Of a stretch of 64,000 nt of DNA, positions 24,406 through 38,026 are shown piece by piece. The stretch is from Chara braunii. Taxonomy: Eukaryota; Plantae; Charophyceae. The notes beneath the pieces are model-generated. The model saw nothing but the letters and a program-made list of their open reading frames with translations. It was not told the origin of the DNA and searched no databases. Where the stretch lies: positions 1,342,202 to 1,406,201 of the forward strand of contig BFEA01000011.1 in NCBI GenBank assembly GCA_003427395.1. The letters run 5' to 3'. A program made the translations under genes and the position numbers. Positions within the stretch are counted from its first letter, which is position 1; the number at the start of each line of letters is the position of its first letter.

Positions 24406-26168
24406 TTTGACCTTGATCTAATGCAAGATAGTAAATAGACGAAGCAAGGCCCTTGAAGTCTACTCTATCACAAGCAGACGCCCAGCGAAGATAAGTAGAT
24501 CCCGAGTGGTCTACCGTACTGTTACTAATTTTCTCAATAGACAGGAAACAATGAAAGCCCTGAAAAGAGATCGACCCATTACTAATAGACCACTTTCTGA
24601 TTCTACTAAGGTGGAGGTGGAAGGAATGTGGCCCCGTGTCACCTTTCCTGCTACCTTAACCTCTTGATTGATATCAATCTTTTGATTTTATTCCAAATAA
24701 GATTGATGATCTTTGTATGTGCATGTCTTAAGTGGAAAATCGTACGATGAGGCAAAAAATATTAATGATGTTAGCTTTATACTTCTCGTCCTTTAGACGA
24801 CTATCTTTAGAGATTAGTCTGATAAGAAGTTAAAGAGGCTACCTAGGGGGAATTATATCGATGTAGTATTATTCCCAACTTAAATGAAGTTTCCTATATT
24901 GAACTTCAGATAGGATCATGTTGGCGGTAAAGAGGTATTGAGATCGTGTTGGCCTGTGTGTGATTGCAGGTCATCCTGATGAAGAAGACTCATTATGAGT
25001 CTATACAAGACTACATGCTGTTGCCTTATGGTAACAGGTTGGTTAGCCAACTCAACCCTCACTAACCCTCGACACCCACACTTTGCATCGACCTTTGCAC
25101 TGAAAAACATTTCTGAATTTTCGGTTCATTGTCTAAATGGTCTGTGTTTGGTCAAAAGGGGTCCTTGAATGACTAAAGTCAGATGAGGATGAATGACTAA
25201 GTCGAAAAGGGAATGTCTTACTAAAAGGTTGGAAGTGTAAGTGTAATGTGGGTGAAAGTAAATAAAAGGTTGACTCCGTCAAGAATTGTGTAATGTGATT
25301 AACTCTTGTCTACAGGTCCGTAAAACGACCAGCCACATGCTATTCACGACAACCCATTGAGAAACTTACGTTATCCTGGGCCTTGATCCAGATGTTTCAT
25401 CAGTGTGAGTTGGTTTGAGTACCCAGCCTTGCGTTTTTCCCTTGATTGTTGAGCAGATTAGGACTATCGTTAAGGCTGAAAGCTTTATTCATTTCATGTT
25501 TATTTCATTTGTACATGTTTAAAAGATCAATGACCTATGTTTTCCCTTGATGAATTCGGAATGTTTATGTGAATATGTTATGTGTATGTGACATCTCCTT
25601 GGACTTAATCACTTGGTAATGTGCGTATATGTTCTATATGCATCCCCTGATGATTCAAGAGTTGAGGGGATCGTGCTTCAAAAAAGAGCTAGGTTGTGAG
25701 TCATACCTATAGAAACTATTTATAGTCAAAGCATAGAATGCGCGAACGTTCGTCAGTCGAGTCGACCTGAATTGTAAGTCGGTCCAGGAGATCAGCGCCC
25801 TGATGCCCGACACGTATACGGGTCAGTCTTAGTCGTTCAACCGAACATATGCCTATGCTATAGCGATCGAGAAAACACCCTCGGTTGACTTACCTCTGCG
25901 ATTGCAAGTAAAAACCTTTGCACGTGAGTCAATAGCTCAGCAAGGATACGCCCACCTAAGGGATGGTGACAGCTCCCACAGGTGGAGGTGAGTTGTACCT
26001 CGCGGGGTCTCTGTCCTGTCGCAGGGAGTCGCGAGAGGTATAGCTGGCGAGCACGGTCGGAGTTGGTCTTAACTGAAACACTTCGAAAAACTCCTGCGTG
26101 ATGTGACCGTGAGGTTCGACACAAAAAAATACTTTACGTCTGGGTGTGGGACCGCCGCGCCCGACATG

Positions 26169-26186
26169 TGGCGCCGTTGTCGGAGA
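26169..26186 (+). promoter_or_regulatory. Primer-binding site, tRNA-Asp type (E2)
   Basis: TGGCGCCGTTGTCGGAGA, 2 nt after the LTR end CCGACA. Confidence 0.88.
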
Positions 26187-28172
26187 CCTTTGGTTGCCTG
26201 CCGGGGTCCTATGCGAACGAACCTGGGTTTGGTAAATTGAAGTCCTCGCTAGACGACAACCTTAATTTAATTGTCAGCATCATTATCATTAATAAGGGTG
26301 CCCACCGGCAACGGGTTAACCCGTTGCCAGGGACCTCGCTTTCCAGCCGAGGTCCTTAGTGAACGGACTCAAGTATGGTAAGACGATGATCACGGCAAAA
26401 CGACAGCCTTTAATCAAACTAATATAGTTTGATATGCAGGTTGGAATTATGGTAAATAGATGTGATGCGCCTGCAAAGGTGTGCAGTTATATCGATAGTA
26501 CCTACAAGGGTCATTTTGTTAGGGACTTCGACTACCTACCAACGTCCTTAGAAGTTTATGTTGGCTACTGAATGTGATACTTTACATAGAAGCTAGGAAT
26601 TAGTAAACGACTTCAGGGAGGTATCTGTGTATGTCTGATCCTTCCTTCACTTTATATACTCGAGACATTCGCCCGTATAACAGCGTGTGTCGGTGTAAGT
26701 AATTAGAAGATTAACGACTGCATTGACACTCTTAAGATTCTCAAGGAGGTCAAGGAAAGATAAATGTGTGACTAACTATTTTATTTATCTTTAACTAGTG
26801 TTAAGTTATGTTAACTGACTTGGTCAGCCTTACTTTCATGTTGCTTTCCTTTCCTCATCTCCTTAGTCATATTTAAAGTTGAAGGGTTATGACGAAATTC
26901 AGTTTCTTATCCGATTGAATTATCTTTTTAGTGCATTGCTTACCACCTTACAAGGTAGAGAACCCTCTACATGCTTGGTTTGTGTCGATAATAGGGGCAA
27001 CGAGACAACTCGTAAAATGTAAAGTTCCCAGGTTCTAGCGCATAATCTCATCAAGTCTCAATTCTTTATACTGGATCGTCACGAATAGTTTTACTATCTG
27101 AGTCATATCTCAATCTCGTTTTATTTTGAAGGGTGATTTGTACTGTTAGTTCCCTTTTTTTAATTTGAATAATGTGCGTAAATATCGAATAGGCATTTTT
27201 AGGTCTTGGAAGAAAATATAGGTGTTAGGCTACCTACTTGAGGACTATGTGCATTACAAGCTTATTTGTCATGTAGTCTGAGTACAAGATTGTAATTAAA
27301 TTAACCCTATTGGTCATTGCTTACATGGTCTGACCAGATCGTCAAACTCTTGGAATTATATGATAGAGGTCCTAACAATAGACTCGGTCTCTCGACGGTT
27401 GCCTAACTTTTTTTTGGTTATATCATGTAACATCTATGTGATAGATGCATTTGAGTCGTAGTGAACGATTGTATATTAGGTTTTATCAATGTACAAAGGG
27501 TTTCTGGCATTCATCATACATTTTCGATATGCAAGCTTGAGGTATATAGGACGTTTTAGCCTTAGAAACCCAGTTATAGTCATTTTGTGAATAAATAAAT
27601 GGAATAAAGGGAGTAATATTGTGCTTAGTTGTCTTGACAGTTAGGGTGCCGACTATTTACTAAAAATCTAATTAGGATATTATGCTAATGTACGTACAAA
27701 GTTTGATTGATAAAGTTGCTTATTGGAATTATAGTTTAGCCCTTAGAAGATCATAAGATAAAAATTAATTACTTCATCACCCACTTAGTGACTGACTAAT
27801 CATTACGGTTAAATAGTACAGTAAACGTAATATCAAGTCATCTACGTGAAAAGTAGGTGTCTGTTTGAGGTTGTATATGATAGAGTACGATGATGAATTA
27901 GCTTTAGGAGCCATTGCATAGGGAAGCTATATGAATAGACTCAAACTTTTTATCGATTGGTTACTCAATATAATCAGCGTATGGGAGTGTCCACTTTAGA
28001 ACAACTTCACTCCTCGAAGTTCAATATTATATAAAAAGGTATAAAACTACTTATTCCTATTATGGTAAATGTGTATGACTTGGTATGGATGGTGGTATGT
28101 GAGAGAATGATGTATGTTTCAAATGACGTATCATTGTATGTCTTGTTCTTGGTTGAGTAAAGTTTGAGCTTG

Positions 28173-28220
<48 letters not shown>

Positions 28221-28261
28221 TCAAATAGAACTGCCCGGTAAACCGTAGGCAGAAAGGGAGA

Positions 28262-28302
<41 letters not shown>

Positions 28303-30489
28303 ATTGTCTTAGACTATTTGCGTGTGCCTGGATATGTTTATGAATTGCTTTCTTCGATAAGGATAAAAAAGTTGTATGAAATCCACGTTCGGCATGAGAC
28401 CGAAGGTGAATGAAGTGACCAACCTTTGAAGGGAAGAAATTATCTCAATAGAGGTCAGCATGCAGAACCTGTCCTTCGGGGAATTGCAACGTTGATTGAT
28501 ACCTTTGCCTAAGAGACTTGAAGAGGGTTTAGTTAAGTCATGTAGGCGGTAGTGAGACTCACGCCGGAATAATGTTCCTTGTCCATAGTGAGGTGTTGTC
28601 ATTTTTCCTTATATAGGATAAATGACTACACTATCGTCGAAAGGGAGGAAGGTGTTCAAGACCTTGTTTGAACTCTGACAGTAAGCGAGACGAGTACTAC
28701 TTAGTTTGAGCACGCTTCGAGTGGTAGCCCAAGCGGGGTTCATGCTAGGTGGGTCCACCACACCCTGAAAAGATACGATCTTACCAACCAGCTTTTAGAC
28801 GAGTGTGAATGAGGTTGTCTGACTATGCTCGATGAGGTCAACCAGGTACAATCACTGGAATCGAAGGGAGATGTGGTGAGGCTTAATCCTAGAAGCGGGG
28901 CTCGGGATCTGAGATGTTATCCTTTTGATTGGATTATACCACCCCTCGGCACGATATACCCTGTTAAGACTGAAGGAGTAATATATGTTATATCATCATT
29001 ATTATTGTCTTTTGTAACTTCACTGTGGATGTTCCTGTAAAGTCTTAATTGTAACAATTGTTCTCATTGTTAATAAGGTTACCAGTTGACGTTTATTTGA
29101 ATTAGTATGACTAAATACTTTGGTATCGTATGAATTATTATTTACTTTTCTTACAGTCCCGAACATTTCTTTTACGACCTTCAATTATATTTTTTATTTA
29201 TGGCGGAAGAATGTCATTTACACTTGTATTGCAAAGTTTTTTGCAAACAGGGGGGAAAATTTTGCGTATAGTAACAATTTGCTTATGATACGTTTCTTCG
29301 TTGATGATATCGATCTAGATGATGGAATGTGGTTCGATTTTGACGATTGTCGTCGAAAAATGGTAATCCTTTTTGGACGACTTCAACATAATACTCGGGT
29401 CCGAGAATTATGCGTACATTCATGCACTGTATTATCAAAGACAAAACCTCAGGAGTCAGTATGACGGCGACCTAAATTGAGTTGTGAATCTTGAAATTGT
29501 TTTGGACCCTTGGGTCATTATTATTGAGCAGGCCCGATAACTGTCCTGCTTGGAAATACATGAAATAGATGTCTCAAAAAGGCGCCGCTCATTCCTCTAT
29601 GGGGTTAGTCTGAGATAAGTCTGTGAGATCCAAATGAGGAACTCAATCGGGAATGATCATGTTTTGAAAGATATTTTTGCATCGATGGTAAACTGGAAGC
29701 CAATATTTTCATTTGGTATTTGGGACAATTCTGTATATTTTGAAAGATCCCCGAGATGTGTGTCTGACCAAGCTGTGATCGAGACTTGGAGGACACGATC
29801 CCTGAGTGGCAACCTGACGATGGTCCTTGTTCATCCACTGAGTGGCAACCTGACGATGAAAATTTTATTTTTATGGTTTTCGAATGAACATCGTTCATCC
29901 ACGAAGTGGCAACCTCACAGGGATGAAAATATTTTTGATGATGATTTTTTGTATATATTGAATTGAACATTGTTCATCCACTTCAGGAGGTCAGTCTGAG
30001 GGACTGAAATTACCAAGTCGATGGTGAAAAATTGGCATCATTGGGACGTAACTCGCAGCACGGGCTGCTGACCAAGTATAACCAGGCAGCGGACCTTCCG
30101 ATTTTAGCCTAGAGTTGAGACCTGAGGGGTGGCCGCTCTGATGAAGGAATCGACTCATGTAGTTATCGGAGGGGTCGAATGTAGTCTTTGAAATATATGT
30201 GAATTTTTTAATGATAGAATTTACCCGTCAATGCGCAACCAATACGGGACCACTGTTAATATAACAACACGGTGGGCCGCAGATCTGGCCTGATCAATTG
30301 GACTGTGGTGGGTTAAGACCAAGACTGTCGATCCCCTCGCATTACACTTCGGGTGGGACCGTAATATGATTTGGTTGAGACCCGCGTCCAAAGGGTCATA
30401 TTCTCTGGCTCTACGGACAACCAACGAGGGTCTGAGAATAAAATCTAAAGGTACAAAAAAGATGATAATTGATTCTCTTGATAATTTTC

Positions 30490-30590
30490 ACCGTCGTAGT
30501 ACAGATTAAGTATCCCCACCATTCGTCCATTCAGTTTGATTTGAGATTTTAGGTATGTGGGAAACCCGGGTTAGAATCCCGGCAATGGTT
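30490..30590 (+). ncRNA. tRNA-Asp-like structure with expanded anticodon loop (E2 3' UTR)
   Basis: Acceptor ACCGTCG/CAATGGT, D stem GTAC/GTAT, anticodon stem CCCAC/GTGGG, T stem CCGGG/CCCGG. Confidence 0.7.
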
Positions 30591-30901
30591 GGATATATCA
30601 ATGGAGGCAATGTGAATCTTGACCGCATCTCAATCCAGGAACTCGGATTTGGCTATCCACTTATCAAAGATGCGCCTTATTTTGGGAAAGGGATTTACCT
30701 TCTCTTCCAAGGAGAAAGAGAGGTACATGTATTGTTTTGTGTCCAGTGGTGTTGTCAATCATGTCATATTTTATCAATCGATTTGATCATGGGGAACGAT
30801 CTAAAGGGGAATTGTATGAACGATCGTGATAAATGCCCCTAGCGACGGGGACGTCGCTTAATAGGGTCTGGGAATATTGTCGGACCAAATACCCTTACAA
30901 G

Positions 30902-31395
30902 CTAGGTTACCGGGTCGGACGTCCGGGACCCCCCTAACCGTCCAGGATGTCCGACCGAACGTCTGGTCGGACGTCGGACCGGACGTCTGGTCGGACGTCG
31001 GACCGGACAGGGTATGTCCGACCTATTTTTAATTTTTTTTGAAAAAAATCATGTGGCTTCCACCTTGCATTAGGTGTATGCCAACAATTTTTTTGATCAT
31101 TTGGGCTAGGAGAATAAATAATAAAAATCTTTAAAGATTCATTCCCCATCTATACCCCTCCTATCCCCACCAAAACCCCTTCTACCCCCCCTCCCCCCCC
31201 AAATACCACCCTATCAGCAAATGCTCAGAAAAATCTGAATTTTTTTGTGGCGGGTCTCCAGGCCATGGGCAACACTGTCATTTTTTTTTGTGTGTGCCAA
31301 AAAGGCGTCGTCCGAAAATCTGGACGACGGGGGGGGGAGACATCCGGGGGGACGTCCGGTGGAGACGTCCGGTCTCCGGACCATTGGTAACCTAG
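30902..31395. mobile_element. hAT-type MITE (494 bp)
   Basis: TIR CTAGGTTACC/GGTAACCTAG, perfect 8-bp TSD CTTACAAG, GGACGTCC subterminal repeats. Confidence 0.92.
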
Positions 31396-33409
31396 CTTAC
31401 AAGGGTATTTGGCCATGCTTGTGGAGTCGACACAGCAACGACATCTGCTACCACGACGGGGCCGGTCTGAAATGAAAAGGGTGTGCGTGGTTTAGCGTGA
31501 CACTTGAAACAATTTCCTCGACCATTGGTGTCGGGGCAAATCGATGGAGAAAATTTCGAGAGTATGCGCGGGCATTGTTATGAAGCGCGCTGTGATGGTT
31601 AGAATCGGTAATGATACCCTCCGGCCGAAAAGGTCGAGGGGTTGATTAGGTTAGTGATATGTCAGGTATATCTACGACACGCACTTTGACTTGGGCTGAT
31701 AACTGTTTAGCTACCAGTACCGGGCCTATAAAAGTTGTCAATTTTGTCTTATTCTGCTTGGCATCTCAAGTACTCGGCGCATCTATCTCTGCTTGGTGTG
31801 GTACTGGCCTACTTGTTACTTGAGTATTTTTCATGGCCCTTAACTGTTGCGGACCTATTTCCAGCCACTTGAGTGTTTTCCCCGCCACGATCCTCAGTGT
31901 CGCGGCCACGGCTAAGTACCAGCCATTCGGGCCTTCCGATCAACTACGTGCCCTTGCTGGTCACACACACACTCAAGCCGACGAGCAGACAGACAGGCCC
32001 GTGGACCAGAAAGCACGCACACCCGCAGGGCTGCGGGTCACACCCTCACGCAGTACGGCAAACACTCAGACATGCGCACAAACCAGCAAGCATACACGTA
32101 CACAGACTTGGGAAACGGGCTCAGGCCGCTGGTTGGACTAAGCCCACTACTATATACATACTGAGTCGCTCCCCTTCTACTCGAAGTGGGAGCTAGCTTA
32201 GTAGGTTTCAGTGATGCTTAATAAGCAGGGGATGCGGGGATCGAGGCCTACCGCCCTCTGAGCTAGCTCCCTTTTGACAGGGAGCTCTACTTTTGTTTGC
32301 CCGGATTCGGACCGTCGGGACTTGAACCCGCGACCTCGGATTTCGAAGTAGGTTAGAATTAGTTAGATACTGGTTGTCGTTGTAAAGTGAATTCGACACT
32401 TGGCACACCAGGGAAGGGAGCAATAGTAGTTAGATTCAGTTACAATTTGTTATTTTTCTTTTTGTTTTCTTTCATTTATTAATGTTTTCTTCATTTTGTT
32501 TTATTCTCCTTATTTTATTATTTGTAATTTGGTTCTCTTCTCCTCATCAAAAACTGCCCGATTTCACGGCTTTATACATTCCTGAGAGGCAAAACACTAC
32601 CTCTATGGTGTGTCAAAGTCGGGACAGTCTGGCTCGCGAGCAGATCGAAGTCGTGTGGGCGCGACTTGCCTACGATCGCACGGGCGCAGAGAGCGAGCCT
32701 ATGCACCAAGGAGGAAGGCGGATGTCGAGATAGGAAGAAGATGATCGCGCGTGGCGGACGCACAGTCAACTACGGATGGGCAGTCACATGGTCGACGATG
32801 AGCGCGAGGGCCGACGACACGTGCGAGGGTGAAAAAGAAAACGCGCGAAGGCAAAGAGGAGGATGTGCAACTGATGGAGATGGCAACGGGAAGAAAAACG
32901 ACACAGCGAGGGGGTGAAGGAAGCAGTTTCCCAAGTGAAGATTGAAGAAATGGCAAGAGGGATAGGACACTCGGTGAGTGAGGAAGCAATTTCCCACGCG
33001 AAGAAGAAAAAGGAGAAGAAGAAGAAGAAGAAGAGGAAGAAGGAGACGAAGGAGAAGAGCGAGAGGTAGAGGAGATGGTCGCGCAGAAGGAGGAGGTGTG
33101 CGGAGGGAAGAAAGTGGTCGCATGGAAGAAGGAGGCACACAGAGAAGAAGAAGAAGAAGTAGAAGGAAGAAGGAGAAAAGGGAGGAGAAGAAGAAGAAGA
33201 GGAAGAAGAAGAAGGAAAAGGGAATGAGGAGGAGAATAACACTTACCTGATCGAGCGGTCAGACGACGACGGTAACGACGGCGACATCGAAGATGAGAGA
33301 ACAGGTAAGTCTTCAATCGTGCGACTTACCTCACGGTACTTCCCTCGACAGGATGAGCGAAACCGAATAAATCGAGCACTAGAACATAAAAATATGCATC
33401 GCCACACAC

Positions 33410-33464
<55 letters not shown>

Positions 33465-34101
33465 NNNNNNNNNNNNNNNNNNNNNNNNNNNNNNNNNNNN
33501 NNNNNNNNNNNNNNNNNNNNNNNNNNNNNNNNNNNNNNNNNNNNNNNNNNNNNNNNNNNNNNNNNNNNNNNNNNNNNNNNGTGTGTGTGTGTGTGTGAGT
33601 AACAGAGAAAGAGAGAGAGAGAATATAGAATGGAAGAAGACGAACATGTGGACAATAAGCGGAAGAGTGGCGCAACACAACGGGAGAAAGGTGGTGTGTG
33701 ACGTGCGCATATGAGGAAGAGTGGTACAGCACAGCGGGAGGAAGATGGTGACGTGTGCAGATGAGGGAGAGTGAGCGCAGGAGAAAAGGAGGAAGATAGA
33801 AGAAGAGGAGGAGAAAGACGAAGGTGAAGACGGCTACGACGAGACGAATAAGACAAGATGAAGAAGAAGAGAAATAGAAGGGAGACGAAGATGTGCATGA
33901 GGATGAAAATGTTGTGGGCATAATACGCTGGTACAATCACAAGTTCGACAACACCTATCGTCAGCTGACATTAATTACGACCCAGCCAATTGCGTGCATT
34001 AACGGTAGGTTTCTTGAAATGAATGAATCGAGTCGAAGAACTCGACCCGATTCATCCATTTTATTGCTATTGATCATATGGACTTTTATTTATTTTATAT
34101 T

Positions 34102-34145
<44 letters not shown>

Positions 34146-34851
34146 TTATTATTATTATTATTATCATTATTATCATTATCATTATTATTATTATCATTAT
34201 CATAATTATTTTATTCTCACTTGTAATAAAGAATCAGGTCGAGAATGAGGTTGGATACGTGTTGAAGAATTAGTGAGGAAGTTGAATCGAACGTCGGGCA
34301 GGTAATGAGAACACAGAAACATGTGGCCGACCGACTATGCAACAGACAAGGAAGGGGAGATGGTGGACAAGAAGAAGAAGAAGAAGAAGAAGAAGAGGAA
34401 GAAAAAGCGATAAGAGCAGGCATCCATAATCGAACTGCGCTGCTGTGTGCTGGATGGGCACATGGTAGTCCTTGGATGTATGTGGCATCTGTGTGTTAGG
34501 AAATCGAGGTTGTGAGTGTTACGAGAAACATATTGGGCGCTCGAGGCGAACAGCATTGGCCGAGGTCTGCTCGTTCTTGGGAAGCTGTTGACGTTGTCAT
34601 CGGCATTGTAGTCTAGGCTAGATAGGATCTGTCATTCGTTGTCTGGGCGCTGAGCGCCAGATAGGATACCAACATTGGTTCTTCGTTGATAATGATGAGA
34701 CTATTATAGCATTGTCAATTATGAGCATTTGTTGTGCTCTTATTTGATGGGACTGGTGATGCAATTCTGCTTTTGGTTCGAAGTCACCACTATCTGGTCC
34801 CATGTGTATGATGCTGCTTGGTTTCTGAAGTTCGCTATCACTCATTTTTCG

Positions 34852-34911
<60 letters not shown>

Positions 34912-34940
34912 GTTGTTGTTGTTGTTGTTGTTATTTTTAC

Positions 34941-35704
34941 CAGGGTTGCCGGCGTTCGGGACGGGCCGAACACCCGAACCCGAACGCCCGAACGTTTGGG
35001 ACCCCCTCTCGATGCGTTCGGACGTTCGGCCGAACGCGGAACCAAAGGAAAAAAAAAAAAAAAAAAAAAGTTTTCAAAAATTCTAAGAAACAAATATGTC
35101 ATGCAGAAGAATAAACTAAATAACATTTGCCTCAACAGTACATCCAAATTCCTTACCAAATTTGAATTAAAAATCAAATACAAAAAATAAATAATATTAA
35201 TGAAAATAAGAAAAAATAAAACGAGAATGAAATTATTGCGTGTGCGAGTTTTTGACACCGCCATCTTTGGCGATTTTTCATTTTTTTTTGGCTTTGTCAA
35301 ATGCCATGAAATTTTATACATATGTATCTTACATAATCGAGAAACTACAAATAAAGTTTTAAAAAATAATAATTTTTTCAGGCCCCGAAATAAAGGTAAA
35401 CAAAAAGTGAAAAGAGAAAAAAAACAAATTAGTACGGTGGGAAAGCAAGTTTTGACACCACCATCTTTGCCGATATTTCATTATTGTTTGGCTCACAGAA
35501 TGACTTCAAAATTGAGGACAGATAGCTTACATAACAGAGAACTCACAAAAAAAAAAATCAGAAAAAACTAATAATTTTTAGGTACCAATATAGTTTTTTC
35601 CAGGGTCCGAACCACTTCGAGTTCGGGCCCCGTACGGGGACCCGAACGCCCGAACGTTCGGGGATCAGCTTAAGGGCATCCGTACATTCGGCCTGGCAAC
35701 TCTG
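34941..35704. mobile_element. hAT-like MITE, same family as 19018-19772, opposite orientation
   Basis: TIR CAGGGTTGCC/GGCAACTCTG. Internal sequence is the reverse complement of the 19018 element. Absent from the 5' LTR at ~20500-20565. Confidence 0.82.
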
Positions 35705-35712
35705 GTTGTTAC

Positions 35713-35797
<85 letters not shown>

Positions 35798-38026
35798 AAT
35801 TAAACTCGATATCCTTCACACTTCACACGTATGCGAACAGGCGTGCAGCAAACTGGCGACAATCACCCACTCAAACTCAAAGATATGGTAGTCAAGAACA
35901 CAGTTCAGGTATAAGTTATCTTCACTGGCTATGGTGACACAGCGCCCACACAACTCTCTGTTCAAACAACGGATCACCCTGGATATCCCACACGTGAAAC
36001 TCTGTACACACACATACACACACACACGTACACACACACACACGCTACACTCTATCTACAACCATGGCGGCTATGGCCGCTGCTATCCTGTCGCTATGGC
36101 TAAGCTCCTCACCCACTTCGTCTTCGAGCTCACTGTAGACCACCTCGCACAAGTCGTTGTGGCAACGCTTCCGCATGGCTTACGCAAGAATGAAAGAATA
36201 GTTGGACGTTACCCCTTGATTTATGCTTCTGTAGCTCGTTGGTCTGGCCCTTTCCACCAGGCCTTCGTGCACACAGTCCCATACGGTAATTGCTTGACTG
36301 GACCCAGTGAGACTGCCGCTGACTGAACGAGGTTGCACTGCCTACTCGCCTACAGACCTCTATCCTAGCGGTTTCGACCTTTACACGGTTGTAACCCCTA
36401 CTGGACATATCTACAGTTCAAACCACTACATCTACACAGACCTACGACTGACGAACAAACAAACATACAGCAAACGGCAGACAGACAGACAGACAGACAA
36501 ACAAACAAACAAACAGACGGACCAAGACACACAGACACAGTAAAACATACACGGACATAGTGAAAAACACAGTGCATAGTAACACTGTAACGGATACACA
36601 GCGACAAAGACACGCAGTCGCACAGACACACTGTCAAACAGTGCACAGTGACACACATACACAGATATACGGTAATACACAAATACAAAGTCACGCGTTG
36701 ACATATACGCAAGTGACACACGTACACATAGTGAAAACACAATCATACAGTCACCGTGATGCAGACCCTGTGAAAGGCACACAATGCACAATGTGACACA
36801 GATCCATAGTCACAAAGATGCACGGTGACACAGACGCTATGAGACGGTGATGCACACTGTGATTACACACACAGACATAGTGAAACACAGTCACTGTGAC
36901 ATACACACAATCACCGACATTGTGACACATGAGCATACACAGTGAAAACAGACACAATGACGCGAACAGTGAAACACGCGAGAGTCACAGTAACACAAAC
37001 ACTATGATACAGACACACACTCACACAGATACACAGTCATACAGTCGGCGTGACACAGACACGGTGAAAGGCACGCAGTGCACAATGACAGATACACCGT
37101 CACGCAGTGCACAGCGACACATACACAGTCACATAGTGCACAATGACAGTGCACAGTGACAAATACACAATGAAACACAGTGATACACATAGACACACTG
37201 AGACACACCGTCACATAGTGACACACAAGGAAAGATGCATACATGTGTGTGTGAAGGGTCGACTATGGTGTTGACGTTATGTACGTTGGTTTTCAAGGTC
37301 GAAGTGAGTCTGTTGTGTGAATGCGATTGTAGAAGGATAGGCAAGTAGTGTAGGCTGGGCACGGGGGTGCACACATTCCCAGATGGTACTTGTTGGATTG
37401 ACAAAATGCGACTGGGACTGAGTACAGCTGACTGGGCCGGGTTAGACTGCCACTTGCGCAGTTGCCTACGAACTGCCTACTTAGACTCACGAAAGGTCAC
37501 TTCCAGGTCTTTCGGAAGACTGCAGACTTGACCTTTCGGCATCGTAACAGCAAAGACTTGTGCTACGGCTGCAGCTCCTAAGGGACAAACACACAGTGAA
37601 ACACAAGGAGACACACGCCGAGAGAGAGATAACTTACTTGATCGCCACCTACTGTCAACCATGAGTATATTATTATTATTATTGTTATTTATTATTATTA
37701 TTATCATTATTATTACTATTATTATTATCATCAGTATTATTATTATTATTATTATTATTATATTTATTATTATTATTTCGATTTCATTTTCAACTGCGAG
37801 GTCAGCTATGTACGGACAAGGAAAGTGAGCACGTACCTCGACTAGGGGCAGTATGGGGTGCTCGTCGCTGAAATGTGAGGTCTTCCTTTTCTCTTCCCGT
37901 CTTTTATACCTTGTATCAGTACTACCCCAGATTATTGTGCATACATTTGTGTCTGACTATATGAATTTGTGATTTTCTTCTTGATTAAATATGAGATAGG
38001 AAACTGCTATGCCTTCATGTGCAACG

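Larger units (their letters stand above)
16861..26166 (+). repeat. 5' LTR of element E2 (first ~0.5 kb displaced by the E0/E1 insertion)
   Basis: Colinear with 31885-49497 apart from insertions. Ends ...CCCGACA followed by a PBS and contains the conserved U5 domain. Confidence 0.85.

Noticed and set aside
30139-30195. Hammerhead ribozyme (CTGATGA...GAAA)
   Set aside because: No convincing stems I and III, and the core is not present in the homologous E3 region.
30490-30590. Functional intron-containing tRNA gene
   Set aside because: T loop lacks TTC, D loop lacks GG, there is no canonical anticodon loop, and homologues in E1/E3 vary freely there.
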